Shown here: positions 1 through 11,826 of the stretch, in pieces
How positions within the stretch are numbered: the first letter of the stretch is position 1
How the letters are laid out: each line of letters begins with the position of its first letter
DNA from: Actinomycetes bacterium
GTDB lineage: Bacteria > Actinomycetota > Acidimicrobiia > Acidimicrobiales > CADCSY01
NCBI GenBank assembly: GCA_031399525.1
Contig: JANNOZ010000016.1
Location: 259,309 to 323,308 of the forward strand
Direction: 5' to 3'
DNA length: 64,000 bases
The notes under the pieces: generated by a model
Told to the model about the DNA's origin: nothing
The model's input: the letters and a program-made list of their open reading frames with translations, nothing else
Database searches by the model: none
Translations under genes and position numbers: made by a program

Positions 1-213
1 CGGCCGACGACCAGGATCGTCCGACGGGGCGATGTCGGGTTGCGCGATGACTGGAGGGTCGGGAGGCCCCAGCGGCCCCGAGGGCTGCGGTGTCGTGGCC
101 GGGCGCGTCGCCCACCGGGCCGGGTCGAGTGCACCGAGGTCGGCGGACCGGCCCTGTTCCCGGTCGAGATCGGCGGCCGCCTCCAGCACCACCTGACGGG
201 CCCGCCGCTCCAC
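1..213 (-). CDS. hypothetical protein, N-terminal 71 codons only (gene runs off left edge)
   Basis: Open minus-strand frame from GTG 213..211 to position 1 with no stop and G/C-rich third positions (VERRARQVVLEAAADLDREQGRSADLG...). Absent from ORF track because truncated. No family recognised. Confidence 0.25.
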   Translation of the reverse strand, partial: MERRARQVVLEAAADLDREQGRSADLGALDPARWATRPATTPQPSGPLGPPDPPVIAQPDIAPSDDPGRRP

Positions 214-265
214 CGTGGCCCGGTCGGCTCCGTCGGATGGCGCCAGGGTCAGGACGTTGCCCTCG

Positions 266-1843
266 TCATTGGTAGACCCGCATGTAGTCGACGGTCATCT
301 CGACGTTGGGGGTGGCGAGTGCGCCGGTCCAGTCCGCACCCAATGCCAGGTTGGCGATCAGGTACATGTCGGTCGACGGCACCCGGCTGTCCCAGACATC
401 GACGACGATGACACCGTCCACCGTCACCTGCCAGTGGCCGGGTTCCCACAGCAGGCCATAGGTGTGCGCCACGTTGGGGTCGACGGTGATCCACCCGGAT
501 TGGGTGTCGTCGTTCGGGCCGAGATGGCTGGTGGCGGCAAAGCGGCCGGTGGGTGAGCCGAACGACTCCATGATGTCGATCTCGGGTGGCCACACCCGGT
601 CTGACGAGGCCAGCCATAGCGCCGGCCACACCCCCGAAGCGAAGGGGGTGTAGGCCCGCATCTCGACGTAGCCGTAGGTGAAGTTGAAGTTGGGCTCGGA
701 CGACACCATGCCCGACACCAGCCGGCCGTTGGATCCGTATCCGCCCTTGAGGCGGAGCTGACCGCCCGACACCGAGACCTGAGACGAGTAGTAGTCGGAC
801 TTCTCCCGACCGGCCGCGTTGGTGCAGCCCTCCGCTTGCCACCAGTAGCAGGTGGCCCAGCCGCCGGTCAGGGAGGTGCCGTTGAACTCGTCGGACCACA
901 CCAGTTGCCGCCCGTCCACCGTGTTGGGTGTCGTCGGCCCGGCCGTGGTCGGCGCGGTGGTCGAGGTGGTCGGAGCAGTGGTGGTCGCAGTGGTGGTAGG
1001 AGTTGTGGCTGCCGGCTGGCCGTCGCTCGGGTCGACCACGGTGACCGTCCCGGTCGGATCGGGGATCGAGCCGGCGCTGGTCCCGGTGAGGGTGATCGAG
1101 ATCGTGGTCGAGCCGGTCGAGTCCCCGCTCGAGGACGCCGGGCCGATCTGGATCAGGATGGCTGCGGTGTCCGCGCCTGCCGGGACGGTGACCGTCCCGG
1201 TGACCGTGCCCCGGCCGTCGGAGCCGTCAACCGAGAAGTCGACGCTGAACGACACTGAGATCGCCTCACCGGCCGGCGCCGACAACAGCACGGGAACCAC
1301 CACGTCACGAGTGGCATCGGCGTCCTGGCTGACCCGCATGTCCTCAACGGTGATCACGATGTCCGGCGTGGTCGCCGCAGGCACCTCGGCGGGGACGGCA
1401 GCTGGCGGTGCCGGTTGGGGAGTCGAGTCGGGCTGCTCGTCGACGACCACGTCGGCCACCGAGTTCACCTGGCCCGAATCCCGGTCCGCGATGTAGGAGC
1501 CAGCGGACCCCTCGGTCACCGCGCCGAGGTTGGTGGCCTCGGAGGTGAAGCCGACCAGTGAGCCATCTGCGCTGATCGAAGGAGCAACCGACGATCCGTT
1601 GGCCTGAGCTCCGTCGCGTCCCTTGGAGAGCAGGGTCACCGTGTCGGTGGCCACTTCTTTGAGGAAGACGTCGCTGACGCCGTTGGTGTCGCCTGGCACC
1701 ACGTCGGGACTCGAGGACGAGAAGGCGATGTAGCGGCCGTCTTCGCTGGCGACGGCGCCCCCGTCGGCAACGATGGGCGACGTCGGGCCGAAGTACCGCT
1801 GGGACACGCCGAAACCGACTGCCACCAGGGCACCGACCACCAA
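266..1843 (-). CDS. secreted glycoside hydrolase family 16 (beta-glucanase-like) with PD40-like repeats and Calx-beta-like middle domain
   Basis: 525-aa ORF. GH16 catalytic motif EIDIME in WPPEIDIMESFG. Thr/Pro linker TTPTTTATTTAPTTSTTAPTT. PD40-type repeats (GRYIAFSSSSPDVVPGDTNGVSDVF). Hydrophobic N-terminus. True start probably upstream of TTG 1843 (see finding). Confidence 0.85.
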   Translation of the reverse strand: MVVGALVAVGFGVSQRYFGPTSPIVADGGAVASEDGRYIAFSSSSPDVVPGDTNGVSDVFLKEVATDTVTLLSKGRDGAQANGSSVAPSISADGSLVGFTSEATNLGAVTEGSAGSYIADRDSGQVNSVADVVVDEQPDSTPQPAPPAAVPAEVPAATTPDIVITVEDMRVSQDADATRDVVVPVLLSAPAGEAISVSFSVDFSVDGSDGRGTVTGTVTVPAGADTAAILIQIGPASSSGDSTGSTTISITLTGTSAGSIPDPTGTVTVVDPSDGQPAATTPTTTATTTAPTTSTTAPTTAGPTTPNTVDGRQLVWSDEFNGTSLTGGWATCYWWQAEGCTNAAGREKSDYYSSQVSVSGGQLRLKGGYGSNGRLVSGMVSSEPNFNFTYGYVEMRAYTPFASGVWPALWLASSDRVWPPEIDIMESFGSPTGRFAATSHLGPNDDTQSGWITVDPNVAHTYGLLWEPGHWQVTVDGVIVVDVWDSRVPSTDMYLIANLALGADWTGALATPNVEMTVDYMRVYQ

Positions 1844-2039
1844 AAGGTTGACGCCGCGAGCGAGGGATCGTTTCGAGTTGATTGTGGCCTCCTACGCCGT
1901 GATCCGGCGCCGACGCGCCACGTTCCCCGTCCTAGCGAAGGGAAGTGGACCGCAGGTGACCGCGACGGGGGCGGCACGTGAACAACGTCAAAAGGTCGAT
2001 CGAACGCACTGCGATCGAACCAGGGCCGAATTGGCGGGG

Positions 2040-2113
2040 TGGGGCTAGCAAGAATCGAACTTGCGACCTCATCCTTATCAGGGATGCGCTCTAACCGACT
2101 GAGCTATAGCCCC
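2040..2113 (-). tRNA. tRNA-Ile (anticodon GAT)
   Basis: Reverse complement GGGGCTATAGCTCAGTCGGTTAGAGCGCATCCCTGATAAGGATGAGGTCGCAAGTTCGATTCTTGCTAGCCCCA folds as a 74-nt cloverleaf. Anticodon loop CTGATAA, T-loop TTCGATT, no encoded CCA. Confidence 0.95.
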
Positions 2114-2147
2114 AGCACGCCGGGCGACCGGCGGGGCGATCACGGTA

Positions 2148-2618
2148 CTAGACCCGTCGGCGCCCGACGTCGTCGTCGCTGACCACGATGCGGATGCCGC
2201 CCAGCACGTCGGCGATGAGGTTGTAGAGCACCGCTCCGATCACGTTCAGCACCGTCCCGACCACCACCAGCACCATGGCCAGGATGACCGAGCCGATGAG
2301 GAGGCGGACCGGTTCGAACCGGAAGTCGGTGAACCCGATCGAGTCCATGAAGTCCTCGACGTTGGAGATCACCCCCACCGTCGATGCCCCCAGCCACAGC
2401 ACGAACAGTGCCGTGAGTAGGGCCAACCACATCCCGGCGTAGAACACCATGGAGAACTTCAGCACCGACCAAGGATCGATGCGCCGAACGACCAGCCGTG
2501 TCGCGGCCACGGGTCGGGGGGTGAAGTGCTCAGCCGAGCCCGTGGGCTGGCGCTCGACCCTCGGAGTAGGTCGAGGGCGGTCGCGGGGCCCGGGCCGGCG
2601 AGGCTCGGTCGCTGCCAC
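2148..2618 (-). CDS. DUF3566-type transmembrane protein (Rv0007 C-terminal-domain-like)
   Basis: 156-aa ORF. Pro/Arg-rich N-terminus, then RRIDPWSVLKFSMVFYAGMWLALLTALFVLWLG and a second TM segment. Conserved actinobacterial position between gyrA and tRNA-Ile. Confidence 0.85.
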   Translation of the reverse strand: MAATEPRRPGPRDRPRPTPRVERQPTGSAEHFTPRPVAATRLVVRRIDPWSVLKFSMVFYAGMWLALLTALFVLWLGASTVGVISNVEDFMDSIGFTDFRFEPVRLLIGSVILAMVLVVVGTVLNVIGAVLYNLIADVLGGIRIVVSDDDVGRRRV

Positions 2619-2632
2619 GAACCCAATCTAGG

Positions 2633-2971
2633 TCACGGGCCCCGAGCGACCGGCTGACCATCGGGCCCAGGAAGCGTGCGGCTGGCGCTGGCCCAGGCGC
2701 TCACCGACCCCCGACGCACCCGTACCGTGACCGTCGAGCCCACGTCCTGGTAGATCTCGACCGTGGCGCCGTTGGCCCGGGCGACATTCCGAGCCGCTTC
2801 GGCCCCCTCGGCCGCGCCGGCCAACGCGGTGGCGTCCGCCGCGGCCCGCACCCGGGCCACCTCGACCGCTCGCGCTCCCATCCGCCCGAGACCCAAGCCG
2901 AGTGCTCCCACGGCCACGACGAGCAGAGCCACCAATGGGGTGACCGACCCTCGTTGGGCGTGAACAGACAT
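2633..2971 (-). CDS. TadE-like pilus/secretion-neighbourhood protein (Rv3654c/TIGR03816-like)
   Basis: 112-aa ORF with GGGAGG SD upstream of ATG 2971. QRGSVTPLVALLVVAVGALGLGLG hydrophobic segment followed by ARVRAAADATALAGA, as in TadE-like pseudopilins. High GC3. Family assignment from memory. Confidence 0.6.
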   Translation of the reverse strand: MSVHAQRGSVTPLVALLVVAVGALGLGLGRMGARAVEVARVRAAADATALAGAAEGAEAARNVARANGATVEIYQDVGSTVTVRVRRGSVSAWASASRTLPGPDGQPVARGP

Positions 2972-3028
2972 GACGACCTCCCACCATCAGCGAGCTGCGG
3001 GGGAAGTCGAGCGGGCCGCAGCCCGTGA

Positions 3029-5505
3029 TCACTCGGTGTCGTCGACCGAGAGCACCGGAGCCACAGCAGCCACCGTGTGACCGTCATCGAGGCTCATGAT
3101 GCGCACCCCGGTGGCGTCGCGGCCCTGGGATGAGACCTCCCGGACCGGCACCCGGATGACGACCCCGTTCGAGGCGATCAGCAAGATCTCGTCGTCGAGC
3201 CCGACCATGAACGCGGCGACCACCGATCCCCGGCGAGCGGTCAGCTTGATGCCCTTGACTCCCTGGCCCCCTCGGCCCTGAGGGTTGAAGCGTTCGAGCT
3301 TGGTCCGTTTGCCGAACCCGTTGTCGGTCACCAGCAGGAGGTCGACGTCGTCGGCCGGCACGTCGGCCGAGACGACCTCGTCACCCTCGCGCAGCTTCAT
3401 GCCCCGAACCCCAGCGGCCGAGCGGCCCATGGGCCGTACCTCGTCCTCGGCGAAGCGGATCGACATACCCGCCTTGGAGACCATGAGGATGTCGTTGCCG
3501 CCATTGGTCGGGATGACCCTGACCAGTTCGTCGCCGTCCTTGAGGTTGATGGCGATTAACCCGCTGCGCAACGACGAGTCGTACTCGGTGAACTTCGTCT
3601 TCTTGACCTGCCCCAGTCGGGTGGCAAAGAACAAGAAGCGGTGCGTCTCGTAGTCGCGCGTGTCGATGATCGCCCGGATGGATTCGTCCGGGGCCAGCGG
3701 CAACAGGTTGACGATGGCCGTCCCCCGCGCCGTACGTTCCTTGACCGGAATCTCGTGGGCCTTGAGCCGATAGACCCGGCCCCGAGTCGAGAAGAACAGC
3801 AGATAGGCGTGGGCCGTGGTCGACACGATGTGGGTGACGTAGTCCTCATCCCGCAACCGCGCCCCCTGCACGCCCCGCCCACCTCGGCCCTGGGCCCGGA
3901 ACGCGTCGGCCTGCACCGACTTCACATAGCCCCGAGCCGAAAGGGTGATGACCAGCTCTTCGTCGTCGATCAGGTCTTCGATGGCCAGATCGCCCGAGTC
4001 GTAGGTGATCTCCGTCCGCCGAGGGGTGGCGAACTCGGCCTTGACGGCGGAGAGCTCGTCGACGATGACGTCGCGCAGCTTGACGTCATCGGCCAGGATC
4101 AGCTCGAGCTCGGCGATGGTGGTCCGCAAGACGGCCAGCTCCTCTTCGAGGTTCTGGCGCCCGAGCCGGGTCAGTCGACCCAGCTGCATCTCGAGGATGT
4201 ACTCGGCTTGGACCTCGCTGAACTCGAAGGGCTCGGCCATCAGTCCGACCCGGGCCGCCGGACGGTCGGCCGACGCCCGGATCAAGGCGATGATCTCGTC
4301 GATGAGGTCGAGGGCCCGGATGAGTCCCTCGACGATGTGGGCTCGGGCCTGGGCCTTGGCCAGACGGTCCTGCGAGCGTCGGGTGATGACCTCGATCTGG
4401 TGGTCGACGTAGGCCTGTAGGGCCTGGACCAGGTTGAGAGTGCGGGGCACCCCGTCGACCAAGGCCACCGTGTTGACCCCGAAGCTGGTCTGCAGTGGCG
4501 TCAACTTGTAGAGGTTGTTGAGCACGACGTTGGCGTTGGCGTCGCGCTTGAGCTTGATCATCAGCTTGGTCGTGTCGCCGGCCGACTCGTTGTTGATGTC
4601 GGCGATGCCGTCGAGCTCGCGGGCCTGCACCAGCTCGGCGATACGAGTCAGTATCCCGTTGGGCGAGACCTGATAGGGCAGCTGGCTGACCTCGATGAAG
4701 GTGCCCCGCTTGTCCTCGACGATCTCGGCCCGGGCCCGGGTGCGGATCGAGCCCCGCCCGGTTCGGTAGGCGTCGAGGATGCCCGAGCGGCCGAGGATGT
4801 AGGCGCCGGTCGGGAAGTCGGGTCCCTTGACGAACGCCATCAGGTCATCGGCGGTCGCCTCCGGGTTACGCAGGAGGTGGACGGTGGCGTCGATGACCTC
4901 GCCCAGGTTGTGAGGAGCAATGTTGGTGGCCATCCCGACGGCAATGCCTTGGGACCCGTTGACCAGCAGGTTCGGGAAGCGGGCCGGGAGCACAGCGGGC
5001 TCTTCGAACTCTCCCGAGTAGTTGTCGACGAAGTCGACGGTGTTCTCGTCGATGCCCTCGAGCATCTGGTTGGCCAGCTGGGCCAGGCGGGCCTCGGTGT
5101 AGCGCTCGGCCGCCGGCGGGTCGTCGACCGAGCCGAAGTTGCCGTGGCCGTCGATGAGCGGGTGGCGCAGCGAGAAGTCCTGGGCCATGCGGGCCAGGGC
5201 GTCGTAGATGGCCTGGGAACCGTGCGGGTGGTATTGCCCCATCACGTGGCCGGTGATCCGCGCGCTCTTCATGTGCTGGCGGTCGGAGCGGGCTCCTACG
5301 TCGTACATGCCGTAGAGGATCCGGCGATGAACGGGCTTGAGGCCGTCGCGGGCATCGGGCAGGGCCCGACTGACGATGACCGACATGGCGTACTCGAGGA
5401 ACGAGCGCTCCATCTCCTCTTGGATCTCGATGGGCTCGATGCCGGCCACGGCACCGCCTTGGCCGAGCCCGTCGCCGCCGGTCGGTGTGTCGGAGGGAGG
5501 AGCCA

Positions 5506-5506
<1 letters not shown>
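3029..5506 (-). CDS. gyrA: DNA gyrase subunit A
   Basis: 825-aa ORF. N-terminal AMSVIVSRALPDARDGLKPVHRRILY signature, C-terminal pinwheel with QGRGGRGVQG box. ATG shares its A with the gyrB stop (TGATG). Confidence 0.98.
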
Positions 5507-7548
<2,042 letters not shown>

Positions 7549-7578
7549 TCACGATTGAGCAAGTCTACCAGCGGGGGG

Positions 7579-7878
7579 TCAGGACGGACGGACAACCACC
7601 TGTATGGCGTCGAGCGAGCACCCCGCGATGGCGGCTCGCAAGCTCACCAACACCGAGTCACCCAGCCAGCGCAGCTGAGTGGCCCAGGCCGGATCGTCCA
7701 CGGCCACCACCAGGGTGGTGTCCCGGATGGTCAACGGCCGGGTCCGGGCGGCCAACGAGGCGCCGACCACCTCGGGCCAGCGGGCGAACACCGAGGCCAG
7801 CGTCGATGCATCGCCGGCACCGATCGACTGGGAGATCCGGTCGAGGGATTCGCCGACTCTCCGGGGCTGGCCGCTCAC
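7579..7878 (-). CDS. dciA: DUF721 domain protein (DciA-type helicase operator candidate, Rv0004-like)
   Basis: 99-aa ORF in the conserved recF-gyrB slot. WPEVVGASLAARTRPLTIRDTTLVVAVDDPAWATQLRW matches the DUF721 pattern from memory. Confidence 0.8.
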   Translation of the reverse strand: MSGQPRRVGESLDRISQSIGAGDASTLASVFARWPEVVGASLAARTRPLTIRDTTLVVAVDDPAWATQLRWLGDSVLVSLRAAIAGCSLDAIQVVVRPS

Positions 7879-7897
7879 GCCTCCTGCCTAGCACCTG

Positions 7898-9007
7898 TCA
7901 CCCAACGGGCGCGAGGAGCGTTCCGTCGGCCACTTCCACCACGTGGTCCACGGCGATGCCTTCGGGAACGCCGGTGGCGGTGGTCAACACGATCTGGTCG
8001 TGTCGGGGAAGGTGAGCGACCAGCGCTCGGGTCCGTCCCGGGTCGAGCTCGGAGAACACGTCGTCGAGAAGCAGCACCGGCGCGGTCGCCGTCTCCTCGG
8101 TGACCAGCTGGTGTACGGCAAGACGTAGCGCCAGCGTGAGGCTGCGTTGCTCGCCTTGGGACGCGTGGGTGCGTGACAGTCCCCCGTCAAGCTCGATGAC
8201 CAGGTCGTCACGATGGGGACCCACCGTGGTCAAGCCCCGTCGAAGGTCGTCGAGGCGTGCATCGGCCAACGCGCCGACGAGTCCACCGGGGTGCGCACGC
8301 CACGGGGCGTCATAGCGAACCTCAACCCGGGCTGGATACCCGGCAATGGCCTCGTAGGCGGCGGTGAGGTGCGGAGTGGCCCGATCGGCCAGGTCGGCCC
8401 GATCGTCGGCCAGCGCCGTTCCTGACGCTCCGAGTTTGTCGTCCCACACCTCGAGAGTGGCGAGCACTTCGGGAGTGGTCCGACCGCCACTCTGACGCAA
8501 CAGGGTGTTGCGCTGACGCAACACCCGATCGACGTCGAGGCGAAGCTGGTCGGAACGACGACTGAGTGAGCTCAACGTGTCGTCGAGAAGGCCGCGTCGA
8601 CCTGCCGGCCCCCCCTTGACCAAGTCGAGATCGTCCGGGGTGAACACGCTCACTCGCAGCACGTCGGACACGTCCCGGCCCTGGCGGGTCGCCTGCCCGT
8701 TGACCAGGACCCGATTTCGTCGTTCGGTCGAAAGCTCGAGGTCGACGGTGCCGTTGCTGTGACGGCCCGCCCGGTCCTCGTCATCGATCTCGGCTCGCAG
8801 CACCGCCGAGGATGCCCCGTCGCGAATCAGGGCCTCGGTCGGCGCCCCCCGGAATGACTTGAGGGTGGCCACCACGGCAATCGCCTCGAGAAGATTCGTC
8901 TTGCCCTGACCGTTGTCACCGGTGATGACGGTGCACCCCCGCGGCAGGCTGAGAGTGGCGGCGGTGTAGTTACGGAAGTGGTCGAGGTCGATGCGGCGGA
9001 GCCACAT
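7898..9007 (-). CDS. recF: DNA replication and repair protein RecF
   Basis: 369-aa ORF. Walker A GDNGQGKTNLLEAI and SMC-like signature GEQRSLTLALRLA. Position after dnaN. Confidence 0.97.
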   Translation of the reverse strand: MWLRRIDLDHFRNYTAATLSLPRGCTVITGDNGQGKTNLLEAIAVVATLKSFRGAPTEALIRDGASSAVLRAEIDDEDRAGRHSNGTVDLELSTERRNRVLVNGQATRQGRDVSDVLRVSVFTPDDLDLVKGGPAGRRGLLDDTLSSLSRRSDQLRLDVDRVLRQRNTLLRQSGGRTTPEVLATLEVWDDKLGASGTALADDRADLADRATPHLTAAYEAIAGYPARVEVRYDAPWRAHPGGLVGALADARLDDLRRGLTTVGPHRDDLVIELDGGLSRTHASQGEQRSLTLALRLAVHQLVTEETATAPVLLLDDVFSELDPGRTRALVAHLPRHDQIVLTTATGVPEGIAVDHVVEVADGTLLAPVG

Positions 9008-9022
9008 GAGACCGCCCGGCCC

Positions 9023-10117
9023 TCAAGACACCCGAACGGGCATGAGCAGGTAGAGGAAGTCGTCGCCCTCCGCCGACCGGATCACCGCCGGCTTCAGTGC
9101 ATCGATGGTGTGGAGCTGGACCTCGTCTCCGGTAACTGCCTCGATGCCATCTGCCAGGTACTCGGGGTTGAAAGCCACGATCAGCGGCTCGCCGTCGTAG
9201 TTACCGTCCACATCCTCGTGGGCTTGGCCGAGGTCCTGGTCGATCGCCGTCAACTCGACCCGATCCTCCTGCATGGTCATGCGCAGTGGTGTCCCTTCGC
9301 GGGCCAGTAGCCGGACCCGGCGGATGGCGTCGAGCATTGGGTCACGACCGATCACCAGACGGTTCGGCTGCACGTCGGGGATGAGCTGGCGGTAGTTGGG
9401 GAACTCGCCCTCGATCAACCGGGTCACCAACGTCGCGTCGCCGACGGTGAACGACGCGTCGCGTTCGCCAAGGCGCAACACCACTTCTTCGCCGCCACCG
9501 AGGAGGCGCTGGAGCTCCCCCAAGGACCGGCTCGGTACCAGCACCGACTGCCCCTCGGCCAACACACTGGTGCCCGGCAGGTCACGCAGCGCCAACCGGT
9601 ACGAATCAGTGGCGACCAGACGCAGCCCACCGGCTTCGGCAGCCAACAAAACACCGGTGAGGATCGGTCTGGCGTCGTCGTGGCTGGCGGCCCGGACCAC
9701 CTGGCGCAACGCGTCGGACAGGAGGGATGAGCTCAAGCGCACCTCGTCGCCCGATGGCTCAGCCAGACGGGGGAAGTCGTCCAGCGGCAGTAGGCGTACC
9801 GAGAACTGACTACGGCCAGCGGCGATGTGCGCCTCCTCGCCCACCACCCGCACGTGAACCGCCCCTGGTTCGAGTGATCGAACGATGTCGGCGGTGAGCC
9901 GAGCGGGAAGGACAGCCGACCCGTCGGTCAGGCCCCCGACGTCGAGCCCGACCCGGATGGTCAGATCGAGATCGGTGGCCAGCAGATCGAGCCGGTCACC
10001 CTCGAGAGCCGTACGGACGCCAGACAACACCGGAAGCGCTCCGCCCCGACTCGACACAGCGCGCGACACGCTGCTGAGGGCATCGACCAGAACATCACGC
10101 TCGCAGCGGAACTCCAC
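9023..10117 (-). CDS. dnaN: DNA polymerase III beta sliding clamp
   Basis: 364-aa ORF with three-domain clamp-like sequence (MEFRCERDVLVDALSSVSRAVSSRG...LLMPVRVS). Immediately downstream of dnaA/oriC. Confidence 0.97.
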   Translation of the reverse strand: MEFRCERDVLVDALSSVSRAVSSRGGALPVLSGVRTALEGDRLDLLATDLDLTIRVGLDVGGLTDGSAVLPARLTADIVRSLEPGAVHVRVVGEEAHIAAGRSQFSVRLLPLDDFPRLAEPSGDEVRLSSSLLSDALRQVVRAASHDDARPILTGVLLAAEAGGLRLVATDSYRLALRDLPGTSVLAEGQSVLVPSRSLGELQRLLGGGEEVVLRLGERDASFTVGDATLVTRLIEGEFPNYRQLIPDVQPNRLVIGRDPMLDAIRRVRLLAREGTPLRMTMQEDRVELTAIDQDLGQAHEDVDGNYDGEPLIVAFNPEYLADGIEAVTGDEVQLHTIDALKPAVIRSAEGDDFLYLLMPVRVS

Positions 10118-10137
10118 TCCCTGGGTCCTTCCCGTCT

Positions 10138-10325
10138 TTCCTTATTGAATAAAGAAGAATTTTGTAGCGGTAACAGTAGGTGCTGTGGATTGTGGACATC
10201 AGTGGGTTTTCCCTGGTCAGCACCCGATTATTTGTCCAGTCAGCTACCCACAGAATCCACTGGAGGGGTGTAGATCCCCATCATGGTGCGCTTTGGCGTC
10301 GGATCACGTCATCCTGTCCACAGGG
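10138..10325. other. oriC core: AT-rich unwinding element plus DnaA-box cluster
   Basis: AT-rich cttattgaataaagaagaattttgtag (10141-10167). Boxes: tgtggat+tgtggaca (10184-10198), ttgtccag (10232-10239), gaatccac (10253-10260), ctgtccaca (10314-10322). These match TTGTCCACA-type boxes in the dnaA-dnaN spacer. Confidence 0.8.
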
Positions 10326-10371
10326 CCCACGGCGCGGCACCCACACCCCAGTCCCCAAGCAGACGGCCTCG

Positions 10372-11799
10372 TCACCCTCCACTTCGGATCACGGCCATCA
10401 ACTCGGTGACCTGGTCGTAGATCTGCCGGCGTTCCTTCATGAGCGCACCGATCTTCTCGACCGCGTGGATGATCGTCGTGTGGTCCCGGCCGCCGAAGTC
10501 CCTGGCAATGGCCGGGTACGAGAGGTCGGTCATCTCTCGACAGACGTACATGCCGATCTGGCGGGCGGTGACGAGTGGTCGGCGGCGACTCTTGCTGCAC
10601 AGCTCGTCCACCGAGAACCCGAACTGCTCGGCTGTGGCGTGGATGATCATCTTGGCGGTGATGACCCGGGGCTTGGAGTCGTTGAGGACGTCGGCGAGGA
10701 CCTCGCTGGCCAGGGTCGCGGTGGGCACTGTCCGGTTGAGGCTGGCGAACGCGGTCACCCGGATCAGGGCACCCTCGAGTTCTCGGATGTTGGCCGTGGC
10801 CCGGTCGGCGATGAACTCGAGGACCTCGTCGGGGACCGGCGTGGCTTCCCGCTCGGCTTTCTTGCGCAAGATGGCCAGACGGGTTTCGAGGTCAGGGGGC
10901 TGGATGTCGGTGATGAGGCCCCACTCGAAGCGGCTCCTCAGCCGCTCTTCCAACGTGGCGATGGCCCTGGGGGGCCGATCGGAGCTCAACACGATCTGGC
11001 GGTTGGCGCCGTGGAGCTCGTTGAACGTGTAGAAGAACTCTTCCTGGAGCCCCTCTTTCCCCTCCATGAACTGGATGTCGTCGACGAGGAGCACGTCGGC
11101 CTCGCGGTAACGCCGCTTGAACGCGGCGGTCGTGTTGGTGCGGATCGCCTCCACGAAGTCGTTCATGAACGCCTCGGTCGACACATACCGCACGTTGTAG
11201 GCCGGGTAGTGCTCGTGGACGTAGTGGGCGATGGCGTGGAGCAAGTGGGTCTTGCCCAGGCCGGCCACTCCGTAGATGAAAAGTGGGTTGAACGACCGGG
11301 CAGGAGTCTCGGCCACCGCGAGAGCGGCAGCGTGGGCGAAGTGGTTCGAACTCCCGGTGACGAAGGCGTCGAAGGTGTAGCGGGCGTTAAGCGAAGGTGC
11401 CCAGCTGTCCCTGCGGATCTGGCGATCCCGACGGGCTTCCTCGATCTGTAGGTCGATGGTGCGCTCACTGGGGCCGGCGGGCGTGGCCTCTGGTGACGAA
11501 TCGTCGGTCTCGCTGATGCCGCCGATGCCGGGGAACAGCTCGGCCGGTTCATCCGGGCGGATGGTGAGCTCGATGGTCACGCCCTCGGCGTCGAGGTCGA
11601 CCAGAACCTCCTTGATGGAGGTGAGCCATCGGGCCTCGATGCGCTCCTTCACCAGCGAACTGGGCACAGCCACGACGAGTCGGTCCTCGTCGGCGTCGAG
11701 AACCGACGTGGCTGCGAAGCAACTCCGCCACACCGCAGGCGGCACGCGCTCACGCAGCGCATCCACACACGAACTCCACAGCCGTTCCGGCTCCACCAC
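10372..11799 (-). CDS. dnaA: chromosomal replication initiator protein DnaA
   Basis: Track ORF 10372..11907. AAA+ motifs ([28 protein letters not shown]) and C-terminal DNA-binding domain. Start moved to GTG 11799 ([10 protein letters not shown]) because the first 36 track codons overlie three DnaA boxes. Confidence 0.95.
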   Translation of the reverse strand: MVEPERLWSSCVDALRERVPPAVWRSCFAATSVLDADEDRLVVAVPSSLVKERIEARWLTSIKEVLVDLDAEGVTIELTIRPDEPAELFPGIGGISETDDSSPEATPAGPSERTIDLQIEEARRDRQIRRDSWAPSLNARYTFDAFVTGSSNHFAHAAALAVAETPARSFNPLFIYGVAGLGKTHLLHAIAHYVHEHYPAYNVRYVSTEAFMNDFVEAIRTNTTAAFKRRYREADVLLVDDIQFMEGKEGLQEEFFYTFNELHGANRQIVLSSDRPPRAIATLEERLRSRFEWGLITDIQPPDLETRLAILRKKAEREATPVPDEVLEFIADRATANIRELEGALIRVTAFASLNRTVPTATLASEVLADVLNDSKPRVITAKMIIHATAEQFGFSVDELCSKSRRRPLVTARQIGMYVCREMTDLSYPAIARDFGGRDHTTIIHAVEKIGALMKERRQIYDQVTELMAVIRSGG

Positions 11800-11826
11800 C
11801 GGCGATCTCTCTTCCGCAGTACTCAG

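Noticed and set aside
7938-7947. ACCACGTGGT and other CACGTG cores (for example near 14571, 43351) as extra parS sites
   Set aside because: Only the central palindrome matches. The flanking GTT/AAC arms of parS are missing, and these sites lie inside coding sequence.
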